From: Podarcis filfolensis
Taxonomy: Eukaryota
Reading direction: 5' to 3' (one strand)
Assembly (NCBI GenBank): GCA_964270895.1
Contig: OZ185435.1
DNA: 64,000 nt
Both the position numbers and the translations under genes were made by a program. Position 1 is the stretch's first letter. The number at the start of each line of letters is the position of its first letter. The notes beneath the pieces were generated by a model. It searched no databases. It saw only the letters and a list, made by a program, of their open reading frames with translations, and was not told the origin of the DNA. Below are positions 12,229 to 22,797 of this stretch, in pieces.

Positions 12229-12454
12229 CAGTGGTACCTCAGGTTACATACACTTCAGGTTACAGACTCCGCTAACCCAGAAATAGTGCTTCAGGTTAAG
12301 AACTTTGCTTCAGGATGAGAACAGAAATCGTGCTCCGGCGGCACGGCGGCAGCAGGAGGCCCCATTAGCTAAAGTGGTGCTTCAGGTTAAGAACAGTTTC
12401 AGGTTAAGTACGGACCTCCAGAACGAATTAAGTACTTAACCTGAGGTACCACTG
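12229..12454 (+). mobile_element. Tc1/mariner (Tigger/pogo-like) MITE, 226 bp
   Basis: TIRs cagtggtacctcaggtt and aacctgaggtaccactg, with a TA TSD on both sides. Confidence 0.95.
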
Positions 12455-12573
12455 TATTGTGGAACTGCTATAGAGGGTCAAATTCCAATGTTGAAATGAG
12501 TTTTGCATTTCGAAAAATGTGTTAATAACTATTTTCAAGAGGCCTAAGTGTGGTGCTTGTTGTGGTATGTCAG

Positions 12574-12701
12574 CAGGGAGGAATCTGTGAGCCTCCAAAT
12601 GTTGGACCACAACTTCCGTTATCTGTAGCACTGACTATGTTGGCTGAGACTGATGGAAATTGCCCCCAAAATATATGGGGACCACAGGTTCCCCACCATT
12701 G
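12574..12701. mobile_element. Small hAT-type MITE (decayed)
   Basis: gcctccaaatgttggaccacaacttcc...ggaccacaggttccccacc, related to the element at 14697-14832. Confidence 0.55.
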
Positions 12702-13702
12702 TGATATATGAAACAGGAAGTGGGCTAATTTGGTCACCTGTTAATGAATCAGAATCAAAACGCCTTGTTGAGGGACATATTCCAGGCTAAGCATCAAGGA
12801 ACTTTTTTGTACATCACCCTGTCTGGTGGGCTTCAATCTTGGCCATAGAGGTGTCTGTGCCATGTTGGGAACCCCAGCACTTTAGGAAGATTGATGCCCT
12901 AGGAAATGAATGTCACTCCTCAGTTTCTTTGGAGAAACTGTGCTAGCGGATAATGCCATGGTTGGAGCTAACCTGTTTCTTCCTGTGCTGCTAAGAGAGG
13001 GAATGCCAGAATTGACTTTGATATGTATGGCTGTGATCAACAGGATTGTTCCTTGGATGACCTGTATAGTGCTTTGATGTTATTTCTGTGAAGAGAGTAG
13101 GGGTCTTGTTTTCTTCTAGTGACCCACCCTGATGGATGTGTTTGGATAGGAACACATAGCATCTGGAGAGGGTAATTTTGAGTATTAATTTATTGTTAAA
13201 TTTCTGTCCTGCCCTTCCTCCCCGAGGAGCCCAGGGTATATTGCCCTGCATAATTCTGGCTGCATTCGTTACTACTTTTTCTTAAGATTGTCACCCTAGA
13301 ATTGCTGACAAGCAACCACAGCTACGGTTCAACAGTGGATTACAATACATTCTAGCAGATTTTGCAAGAATGCCCTGGCAAAAAGAGTGATTTGCTTTTG
13401 CATGCTCAGTTACCATTTCTCCTTCTGGCTTTGAGGCAGATGCACATGTCCAGAACGGCACATATGTGAAAGCCACAGCCTTTTGCTGGCCATGTCAGTT
13501 TCTTGAACAATGCATAAGCTTCTGGGTTTCGGAAATGAAGCAAGAGACGTCAGTCGGCAATGGAGCTTAATAAATAAATATACAGGTCTGCTGTTTTTAA
13601 TGATCAAAATATGATTTCCAGATTATTAATAGCTATTGAACATTTTAATGGCCTAAATGCAATCTAGGAAATGTTATATTGCCAATTAGTAATGTTCAAG
13701 TA

Positions 13703-13928
13703 CAGTGGTACCTCGGGTTACATACGCTTCAGGTTACAGACTCCGCCAACCCAGAAATAGTGCTTCAGGTTAAGAACTTTGCTTCAGGATGAGAACAGAA
13801 ATCATGCTATGGCGGCATGGCAGCAGCAGGAGGCCCCATTAGCTAAAGTGGTGCTTCAGGTTAAGAACAGTTTCAGGTTAAGTACGGACCTCCAGAACGA
13901 ATTAAGTACTTAACCTGAGGTACCACTG
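13703..13928 (+). mobile_element. Tc1/mariner MITE, 226 bp
   Basis: Same family as 12229-12454, with TIRs and TA TSD intact. Confidence 0.95.
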
Positions 13929-14237
13929 TAATTGTTTCTTCTGGAACACACATGCATGTGCTTCATACACTTTTCTTTCTCCCTAACACAAGTTGCATCC
14001 TCCCACCCCCAGATCTCCAAAGGAGATCTTCCCCAAATAAAACAAAAACAGTTTCAAAGTTACGCACAAGAGAGCTGCCAGTGGACAATACTGCCAACAT
14101 TTGTATGGTATTTCTCCTTGCAGTTCCCAGCAGTATTCTTATACCAAATTTTCAGCTACCTTTAAATTTTTGATTTTTAAAAGTAGTTTTGACTATGTAT
14201 GGACACCTATGGAAGGCAGCATTTCTCAAGGAAAGCT

Positions 14238-14268
<31 letters not shown>
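14238..14268 (+). repeat. (GAT)n microsatellite
   Basis: Directly visible. Confidence 0.95.
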
Positions 14269-14271
<3 letters not shown>

Positions 14272-14696
14272 AAAAGACCCCAACTGCAGGTGTTATTATT
14301 TGTCTGAATGTTTGCATTGCAGTAATCCAATTCAGTAAATACACCCAGCATGAAATTTAACGGTGTTTTAATGTTGTGCTTAAACAAAGTTATTGACACG
14401 ATTATCCACCTCATGGTGGATAATTCATACACATAAAGTTTCATTCCTTGAACATGGCAGAAAGTGTTGGAAAAAATGGTGCCATTGGAGTAACATGGGA
14501 ATTGATAGTGATTTGCATAAATAAATAAATAAATAGAGAGAGAGAGAAATCTTATGCTAAAGATAATCCAGACTGTATATGAGAGGTCCACTTAGATGAA
14601 CTTTGTCCATTTGGGTATTTGCCTGGGCCCTTCAATCCTTGGTTTCCAGCAAAGGGAAAGCTTACCATTTTGTGGGACATTTGAGATGAGGTAGGG

Positions 14697-14832
14697 CAGG
14701 CATCCCCAACCTTCAGCCCTCCAGATGTTTTGGACTACAATTCCCATAATCTCTGACCACTGGTCCTGTTAGCTAGGGATCATGGGAGTTGTAGGCCAAA
14801 ACATCTGGAGGGCCGCAGGTTGGGGATGCCTG
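14697..14832. mobile_element. hAT-type MITE, 136 bp
   Basis: TIRs caggcatccccaacct and aggttggggatgcctg, with an 8-bp TSD aggtaggg/aggtagag. Confidence 0.92.
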
Positions 14833-15249
14833 AGGTAGAGGAAATCACTTTTTGACATGTGTATCTATCTGCCTGCCTATCTATCTATAGCCTGCTCTGC
14901 TGTTTTTAATTTTGATTCTGTTCTGCTGATCTTAATTTGATTTTTGTCTGCTGTGTCAAGTTATTTTTATGACTGTTTTATTGTACTTGCGGGGTAAAAA
15001 TAATACATTCTTGACAGTTCCTTTGTTAGCAGTTTGGGATGTTGTCGAAATGGAAGTGGACGGAAGTGTTCTTAAACACAACAATCAATCCTATTTAGGT
15101 TGGGGAGCAGGGGACTCCAAAAGCAACAAGCAACTCCCTCAGCCAACTAGCTCCAACAACAAGCCAAAGACTAAAATTAAACAAAAACTAAAACTGGGAA
15201 AGCATGGGTAATGCTGCACCCTTTATCTTTTCCTGTCAGTAGATAATAG

Positions 15250-15384
15250 TCCTTCCTTGGAGGTTCTTAAGCAGAGGTTGGATGGCCGCCTGTCATGGAT
15301 GCTTTAGTTTAGATACCTGCATTGCTGGGGGTTGGACTAGATGACCCTTGGGGTCCCTTCCAACTCTGCGATTCTACAATTCTA
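15250..15384 (+). mobile_element. CR1 LINE 3' end
   Basis: tccttccttggaggttcttaagcagaggttggatggcc...gggggttggactagatgacccttggggtcccttccaactctgcgattctacaattcta. Confidence 0.9.
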
Positions 15385-15557
15385 AAATGCGTGTCAGCAC
15401 CCAGCAGCTGTTAGCGAATATTCTAAATTGGATGTATTCAGATTATCTTTTGTATTTGTACAGAACTCAGAATGTTTTGAATATGCCTTTTCTGTAGTTT
15501 CTGTGCTGGTTACTGCCTGAGGCAGCTCACCTGCTGCTCAGGTTGATCTTATTACAG

Positions 15558-15712
15558 CACTCCGGACTGAAGCAAAAGCCTGTGTGCGATTGTAGCTGAA
15601 AACGCTCCAAACCTGTCACTTAATCAGGTGCTGAAAACTTACGCGCTGATGTAGCCAGAGAAAGAAATGGAAGATATGGACGAAGAGTCCCAGTTTCTTG
15701 ACCATGAAATAT
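15558..15712 (+). other. Candidate upstream leader exon or CpG-retaining conserved element
   Basis: Possible acceptors at 15463 (tttgtatttgtacag) and 15557 (tcttattacag), an ATG in strong Kozak context at 15667, a weak donor TAT|gtactt, and local CpG retention. Confidence 0.3.
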
Positions 15713-16440
15713 GTACTTAAATTCTGAGCAACTTTTTTTTTAAAGAGGTACCGTGCTCCTTTTTTATATAGATCAGAGGCCATGAATTTGGTAAGCCTGC
15801 CATTCCACCGTTCTGTGGTAGAGCGTGCTGCTCCCTGACTTCAGTGCTTCCCCTTATGAATAAAATCTCATATTATCATGCCTATAACTGACCTTATTTA
15901 TAAGGATGTTGTGCAGAGGAGTTGATCTGAACGGATGCAGTGCAGCAGAACTGCTTAGTGTTAATCTAATGAACAGCATTTGTATGGGTGTGTTTCTGTC
16001 TAGCTGAATCCTGAAACAATCAGTGTACCTGAACTTAGTACGTATGTTTTAAACTTTATCCTAACTTTATTTTTATGAATGAAGCAGAGAGAAAAGTTCA
16101 CACAACAGGGCTTTCTTCGTCCTCCCATCTTTCCACAGCCTCTGTACCTCTGAGAATCTGTTCCTGGGGTTGGAGGACATTTGGGTGTGATGTTAGACAG
16201 GGTGTGGGAGGGCTCAAGTTGACACAATTTCCCCACTATTGTGAATGGAAGAACAACTTCCATGCTCTGGATTTAGGACTGATAAGTAAAAATCAGAATT
16301 TTAAGTGAAATAGGTTCTGTTTCCTGTAGATGAAATTTGTTAAGCATATCATATCTCTTTGCTGTTAGCAAGGCAGTGAGCTGATGACGTATTAACTTAA
16401 AGATGAAAGCTAAATAGTTTGCTGTCCCCCTGCTCCATAG

Positions 16441-16564
16441 TTTACCCTACTTAAATAGTTCAAAATCTGTTGATTTAAGATCTTCTACAAATGAGCTTTT
16501 TGGAAATTTGAAAATGCTGCCTTTGTGCAAGCAGAATCCAACACAATGCTTTAAAGTGTCTAAG
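16441..16564 (+). other. Candidate 5'-UTR (non-coding) exon of GTDC1
   Basis: Polypyrimidine acceptor tttgctgtccccctgctccatag| with a ctaaat branch-like motif upstream, and a strong donor AAG|gtaagg. 124 nt, on the same strand as and upstream of the first coding exon. No transcript evidence available. Confidence 0.5.
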
Positions 16565-17569
16565 GTAAGGCGTTTCTGAATCATCTTGAAAAATGTGGTT
16601 GCAACTTCTACAAGTACTTTCAAGATTGAAACTAGAACACAGGTTAGTGTTTCCATTTTCGTACCTGCAGTTTGCATCATCTCTAGAAAGAAAGCATTTA
16701 CAGTCCATTTGTAAGGCGTATATTGAAAGCACATGCCTCAAATGTCATACCACATGTCAGTTTAGTTGAGGTATAGGAGAATCTTGACTTAACTCCCCCC
16801 CCCACCTCTTAAGAGGTGCAACATTGGGTTTCCCCATTTCAAAGTAAAACAGCTGTATAGCACATGTGGGTGCTTTTCTCTAGATGTTTGGGTGGGAGGG
16901 TTCTTGACATTTTAAATTAGTATTTCATTTCAGCAGTGTCTGCAAGAAATTTATGTAAAAGTTAATAGAGCAGATGTGGGTCATCAAAAATCTATCTTTC
17001 TGAATAAAAATTCTGACTTGTTCTGAATATCCTTTCATCACTGAACAAATTTTGAATGTGTTAAAGGAAAATGAAATGCTATCAGTTTTACTGCTGTAAC
17101 CGGGGGTTCCATTGACATACAGGAGTATTTATTTCCAGTCTGCTCAATTATTACCATTTGTGCATCCATTTTTTTTTCAACGCATAGAGATGCCCCATTT
17201 AAGTAAACATCATGCAGGACCACACAGTGTTAGCAGGTGACTTGTGTGACAATATGAAATATTGAAAATTAACTCAGTGGTGTACAGCTGTCTAAAATTG
17301 ACCTGATAGAGATATTGAGATAAAGAGAAAGTAATGGGTGGCACCCAGTGTTCCTACTCCAAATTCCAGTTCCAGTAATGCCTTCAACAAACTCCATTGT
17401 GCTTTTACTTTTGTGAATAAAAGCTGATTGCAATTCACATCTTGAGTCCTTTTCCTGACCTGTAGATGAAGCTGCATTCCTGACAGCCCCTTAACATTGT
17501 AGAGCAGAAGTATTGGTTGGTACCCAATGTTATTACAGAGAATAGGCATACAGAAAGATCATCCCCACC

Positions 17570-17752
17570 ACTATCTATTTCTTACATTTATATACCACCT
17601 TTTACTCTAAGCAGGTCAAGGTTCTAGCCCCCCCCCCCCCGTATATCTTCACAACAAACCTCTGAGGGGAAGTTGGGTTGAGTGTGGTTGTCCCAAAATC
17701 ACCCAGTGAGCTTCATGGTTGAGAGGGGAATTGAACCCTGGCCTCCCAGATT
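17570..17752 (-). mobile_element. MIR-like tRNA SINE
   Basis: cttcacaacaaacctctgag...cccaaaatcacccagtgagcttcatggttgagaggggaattgaaccctggcctccca, the reverse complement of the family at 445. Confidence 0.7.
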
Positions 17753-17930
17753 GTATTTATGACAGAGTTCAGAGAGAAAGAACTTTTTTCTTCCTGCCAT
17801 TATGTTTGAGGGATGTGATAAAAGGGAAGTGTGATGAATGCTAACGGTAGATTAAAAATTAGCAAAACCTAGCAACAAATTATTTTTGTGTATATAAAAG
17901 TATTTTGTAAGTATAAAGCAAGTGAATTGT

Positions 17931-17979
<49 letters not shown>
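17931..17979 (+). repeat. Compound (GT)n(GA)n microsatellite
   Basis: Directly visible. Confidence 0.95.
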
Positions 17980-17983
<4 letters not shown>

Positions 17984-19334
17984 GGCTCTAAATAATGTTA
18001 TTTGGAAAGTGCTAGCTCTTGCAACTGGTGTATATACCTTCCTTGACAAACTATTATTGTTAAGCTTGAAGTTCTGACCAGCTTGTTCTTTGGTATTTAA
18101 TACTAGCTTTTTTCCTTGTAAAAATCAAAACCCACAAATGCTTGAAGGGAGACTCACTGCTAGGATTCTAATAATACATTTTAAACAGGATTTTTAAAAG
18201 TCCTAGTTATAGACCAGCACAAGTGATGTGGTTAGAATCCTGCACCTAGTTAAGTGTGCATAGGTTTCAATCTTCATTGAGCTTTCATCGAGGTTTCAAG
18301 TACATATAAATAAACTTGGGGTAGCAGCTGCTGTGTTGAATTTCTATAATACACTGTAGATAAAGTATGTCTTGTGGCATTTTGATAATTTTAGAATGGA
18401 TTGCCATGATGAAACAGAGCACGTAAATATCAACAACTGTACGGTTCTAATCTTGTTGAGAAATGCTTGTTGCATCTCATGTAGACGTAACTGCAGTGGA
18501 AGTCTTATCATTTTGTGTAATTATTCGGCAATCAGTTTCTGTATGACTTTGTATTTCTGTACTGTTAATGAAAAAAATGTTTCTGTAAATATTTTTACAG
18601 AACACTGGGTGCCAAAGAAAAACGTTTTCATAGAAGTCATCATAAAGTAAGTTGAATTTCTACTGTGGGATTGCATATTTATGTTTCTTGGTATAGTTCT
18701 TAACTGTGTTACAAAACAAAGTAAAGAACTAGTAACTTTTTTTCTTCATAATGAAGAAGAGCAATTTTCTGTCCTAGTCATAAAGTTTCAAAATGACAGC
18801 CTGAGAGAATATGAAATTTACCTCTATCGTCAAAGATGACAAAAACCGAGAACTCGTCACGTAGAATAGTTTTACTATATTTACCTTTATAGATAGGAAA
18901 GATATACACTTCATTTATTTTCTCAGGTAGTGCACAGACCAGAGGCCACTTTGAACACTGGTAGCATGTTTAAGGAGTTACTTACTGTACCTCTGCATAT
19001 TATCTGAACTACGTGTTTTATCCAACACTGCAGTACTGTTTGTGCAACAAGCACCTGTGTGTGCAAAGGAATGTCCCATTCATCTCTTGCAGTCCCTTGT
19101 GTGTCCTCAATATCTGCTCTGGAGGGTAGGGGGATGCCCTCCCCCCCCCAACAGATTTGGGGAGAGGGAGGAAGAGAGGAAATAAAGGGAAGTCACAGAA
19201 CATGAAATCTGCTTGTGGCATTGGATATAACCCCATGACCACTGTTAACAATCTGACTACATAAACAACCTGTGGCTGCTTCTCTTGGACTTGTTTTCGT
19301 TAGGGAGAAGGTAGCATCTGTAATGTTTGTTTAG

Positions 19335-19765
19335 TTAGGAACTGCGGAGAAACTCAATTCAGATCTCATTGGAAGCCCTATCTATCAAATTTGGACTTCT
19401 GAAACAATATGAGAACTAAAACACAACTATCCATTGAAATTTGCAATTATTCAAATTTTGCTATGCAGTTTGTCAACCACAGTTTACAAAAATGCATATA
19501 GTGTGTATAAAAATGAATACATTGGTGAAAATAACACATAAACATGCATTATATTAGAGAAAGCTGCTTGCAAAAACATGTACTTGTCAAACGGCATATA
19601 AAAATGTGTTAGGAAAAATCCGCACTAAAATCCTGATGGATTTTCATGCATTCCCTCCACCCCCAAATTTTATTTGCAAATTGCTGTAAAGTGTTGGTAA
19701 CTAAATGTAAGCTTAGGGAAAATGAGAAACCGAAAAAAGCAAAACTGGCAGATCCTTCTGTCCTT
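19335..19765 (-). mobile_element. Non-autonomous DNA-transposon-like repeat common in squamates
   Basis: AT-rich body with recurrent caaaaatgcat/aaaatg motifs and an end gagaaaccgaaaaaagcaaaactggcagatccttctgtcc; recognised by pattern only. Confidence 0.5.
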
Positions 19766-19861
19766 CGTTTCAGGTGCCGCTGGTGCAGTCATTTATATAT
19801 TTAAAGCATTTTTATGCTATACCAGTTGTTTGACAAAACAAATATAACAGTAAAACAACAC

Positions 19862-20358
19862 GTTGTTGTTGTTGTTTAGTCGTTTAGTCGTGTCCGACTC
19901 TTTGTGACCCCATGGACCAGAGCACGCCAGGCACTCCTGTCTTCCACTGCCTCCCGCAGTTTCGTCAAACACATGCTGATAGCTTCGAGAACACTATCCA
20001 ACCATCTCGTCCTCTGTTGTCCCCTTCTCCTTTGTGCCCTCCATCTTTCCCAACATCAGGGTCTTTTCCAGGGAGTCTTCTCTTCTCATCAGGTGGTCAA
20101 AGTATTAGAGTCTCAGCTTCAGGATATGCCCTTCCAGTGAGCACTCAGGGCTGATTTCCTTCAGAAGAAGAAGAAGAAGAGTTTGGATTTGATATCCCGC
20201 CTTTCACTCCCTTTAAGGAGTCTCAAAGTGGCTAACATTCTCCTTTCCCTTCCTCCCCCACAACAAACACTCTGTTTGTTCAGAATGGATAGGTTTGATC
20301 TTCTTGCAGTCCATGGGACTCTCAAGAGTCTCCTCCAGCACCATAATTCAAAAGCATC
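19862..20358 (-). mobile_element. BovB (RTE) LINE 3' end, 5'-truncated, with a nested SINE
   Basis: The (gtt)n tail plus tagtcgtgtccgactctttgtgaccccatggac...cccaacatcagggtcttttcca...ctccagcaccataattcaaaagcatc is characteristic of BovB. 10-bp TSD aaaacaacac (19852-19861 and 20359-20368). Confidence 0.92.
20167..20278 (-). mobile_element. 5'-truncated SINE with a (TTC)n tail, inserted into BovB
   Basis: Matches the 3' part of the SINE at 57764-58012; 7-bp TSD ttcagaa (20160-20166 and 20279-20285). Confidence 0.9.
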
Positions 20359-20459
20359 AAAACAACACAGGGAGGGGATAATCCTTTCTTTGCACAGTCA
20401 AGGAGGCAAGGAAAGGGATGCACAAGGCTAGGATCTACTTCCAATATCAAATCACATAT

Positions 20460-20560
20460 AGGACTGAAGGCGTTGCCTTATACCGGGTCACACTCTTTGA
20501 ACCTGGGACCTTCTGCAGCTAAAGCATGGCCTCTGTGACCAGGTTATGGACTTTGCGTGT
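20460..20560 (-). mobile_element. tRNA-Ala-like SINE remnant
   Basis: ttgccttataccgggtcacact...gaacctgggaccttctgcagctaaagcatg; related to 32495-32668. Confidence 0.5.
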
Positions 20561-22524
20561 GGGAGAGTGACCAAGACCTGTAGTTTTTATATTACTTCAA
20601 ACAGTGTTTTTCAGCACAGGAAAATCATCGCTTTTTCCCTTTTTGATTTGAGTAATACGTCAACAGGTAATGGGTAAATGTTGACGCACAAGTGTGGGAA
20701 CTAGAGGTAGAACTTGAACTCATATCTTGTATGCTGCTGTTAGTGGAACCATTTTCTTTATTTTTGGCTCTGCTAGTAGAATTAGTGTTTTCATACGCGA
20801 TCACAGTAGTTTTGTACATAGGCTTGTTTTATGGCATCATTTTTGCTCTCTCCAGTACACAAACACCATGTGTACAGTTTTAATGTCTACTGCACCTGGA
20901 AAGTAGGCTTTATAACTACGCGGAAAGTCCCCCCAGCCTTTAATCAGCGGTTTTCCATATCTAAATCTGAAATACAGAGGCTGAAATCATTAGTCATTCA
21001 GTGAAGAAATGAATAATAGAAACTGCAAGAATAAGGTGGAAGAAGTTTCATCTCATTGAGAAAGTAGGTGATGCCCAAATTTGTGTTGCTTCGCTCTTTG
21101 TGAAGCAGCAGTTTCAATATCAGAATCAGGCCAGCCTTGCTGTGTCAAGATATAAGCTATGTGTACTAAACAAAAAATTGGAGCATTTGATACCAAACTC
21201 TGTAGATTGGACTGCAATCCTGTGCATACCCAACTACAACTAAGGCCCATTCAATACTTCAGGATGTCCAATACATATGCATAGGGTTGTGTAGTAACTT
21301 TCAGCTCTTGTTTTAATTGAGATAAGCAATTGGATGTTAGAAATCAAAGACCTGAACCCATTTGTGTATGTGTCTGTTCCTTTAAATTTGTGGAACTTGG
21401 ATTCCTTTAATTGGCTCAAGGGATTTATACAGGGGGAAGGTCAAATAAAGAAAGTATAACTAGTATTCTGGTGACTGAGAGGTGGTAAGGCTTGACTTCT
21501 GAGAAACTGAGAAATCAGGTCTGCCCCTCTCTTGTTCATCATTGGGTGACTTCACATCCAAACATCTTTCTGCTTGCAGCTGAAGTTACTCTTGTTTCCT
21601 AACCTCCCTTCACCCTCTCCAGGCCTTAATTACTTGCACTTTCATTCATTCATTTAGAAAGGTGAAAAATTGCTGCTGTTAAGGTTTCTTCCATGTCCTG
21701 TGAGTTAACAGTTAAAATTTGAAAGAAAAATACCTTCTTAAAGGCTCATAAGATGTGCTTGTTAAGGGAATCAGTCCTTGGAATAAAATACGTCTTCCAG
21801 TATAATGGATAGTGAGATTATGAGAAGGCCACAGCAGGATATGGACAAAAAATAACCCTCCACTGCTCGTCACCCTGCAACTGATACTCAGGGGAACCTG
21901 GAGCGTCTGTTTAGCTGATTTGCCTAATGCCTTTGGACAGACCCCCATCCCAACAACCATAACTAAGGAAAGGTGTTTTTCAGCATTACTGAAAAAGTTT
22001 GCAAAAAATGTGAGTGGATTAGGTTCAGTGGTGATCTAGTTGACAAAGCAAGCACAGTGATGCCCTGTTGAGCCTGCATATAAGATCCTTGCAGATGGGA
22101 GATTTGAATTAATTGTAATCAATAGCCTAGAGTCCACTTAGATTATCGCTCCTCTCATTGGTGCATTTTCCTGAGTCATAACAAAAGTTCTGTAATTGTC
22201 AGTGAGGGAAGATAACAGTGATTTGCTGTCCAAATCACAAGCTGTGTCATAACACTATAATAACACTATTTGCAGGTACAGTTTCAAAATGCTGTGGCAT
22301 TTTTCTCACTTACGCCTTGAACTCGAGCTATCCCCCCCCCTTTTTTTAAATATGACACTGTCTGCTCATTTTCCTTTTGAGCACTGGGTCCCACCTTCGA
22401 ACTCTGCAAATTAAGCATGCAGTCAAAAGCCCCATTCTATTTGGAATTTCATGAAGAAGAATTATAAATGCTGATCATCAGTTGTATTAACAGCAGAACC
22501 CCTTTTAACCACAAAGTATCTAGG

Positions 22525-22797
22525 AATTGACTTATTACCAAAATAAAAACCATTGCACACCCCAGCTGCTTCTTCCCTTCTTAATTTCCAGCAATTAATT
22601 TATTGCCAAAATAAAAGCACTCCACACCCCAGCTTTTTCTCCCCAATTAATTTATTAGCAAAATAAAATCAGTGAACACCTCAGCTATTTCTCCCCTCTC
22701 AAAATCCAGCAATTCATTTATTAACAGGAAATCATTGCAACCCCCAGCCCTTTCTTCCCCTTCCCCTTCTTCGTTTTCAGTCCAGTAATTAATTTCC
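22525..22797 (+). repeat. Degenerate minisatellite, about 4.2 units of 52-76 bp
   Basis: Units start at 22525, 22593, 22645, 22711 and 22787. Consensus is roughly aattaatttattgccaaaataaaancattgcacaccccagctntttctcccttctnaaatccagc. Confidence 0.85.

Noticed and set aside
14101-14307. ORFs containing poly-Asp or poly-Ser
   Set aside because: These are translations of the (GAT)n microsatellite.
15838-15932. Possible C/D-box snoRNA (ttcag...ctgaa ends, two CTGA motifs)
   Set aside because: There is no RTGATGA box C near the 5' end.
22525-22797. Repeat array as a CRISPR-like locus
   Set aside because: The DNA is vertebrate, the units are degenerate and directly tandem without unique spacers, and there are no cas genes.
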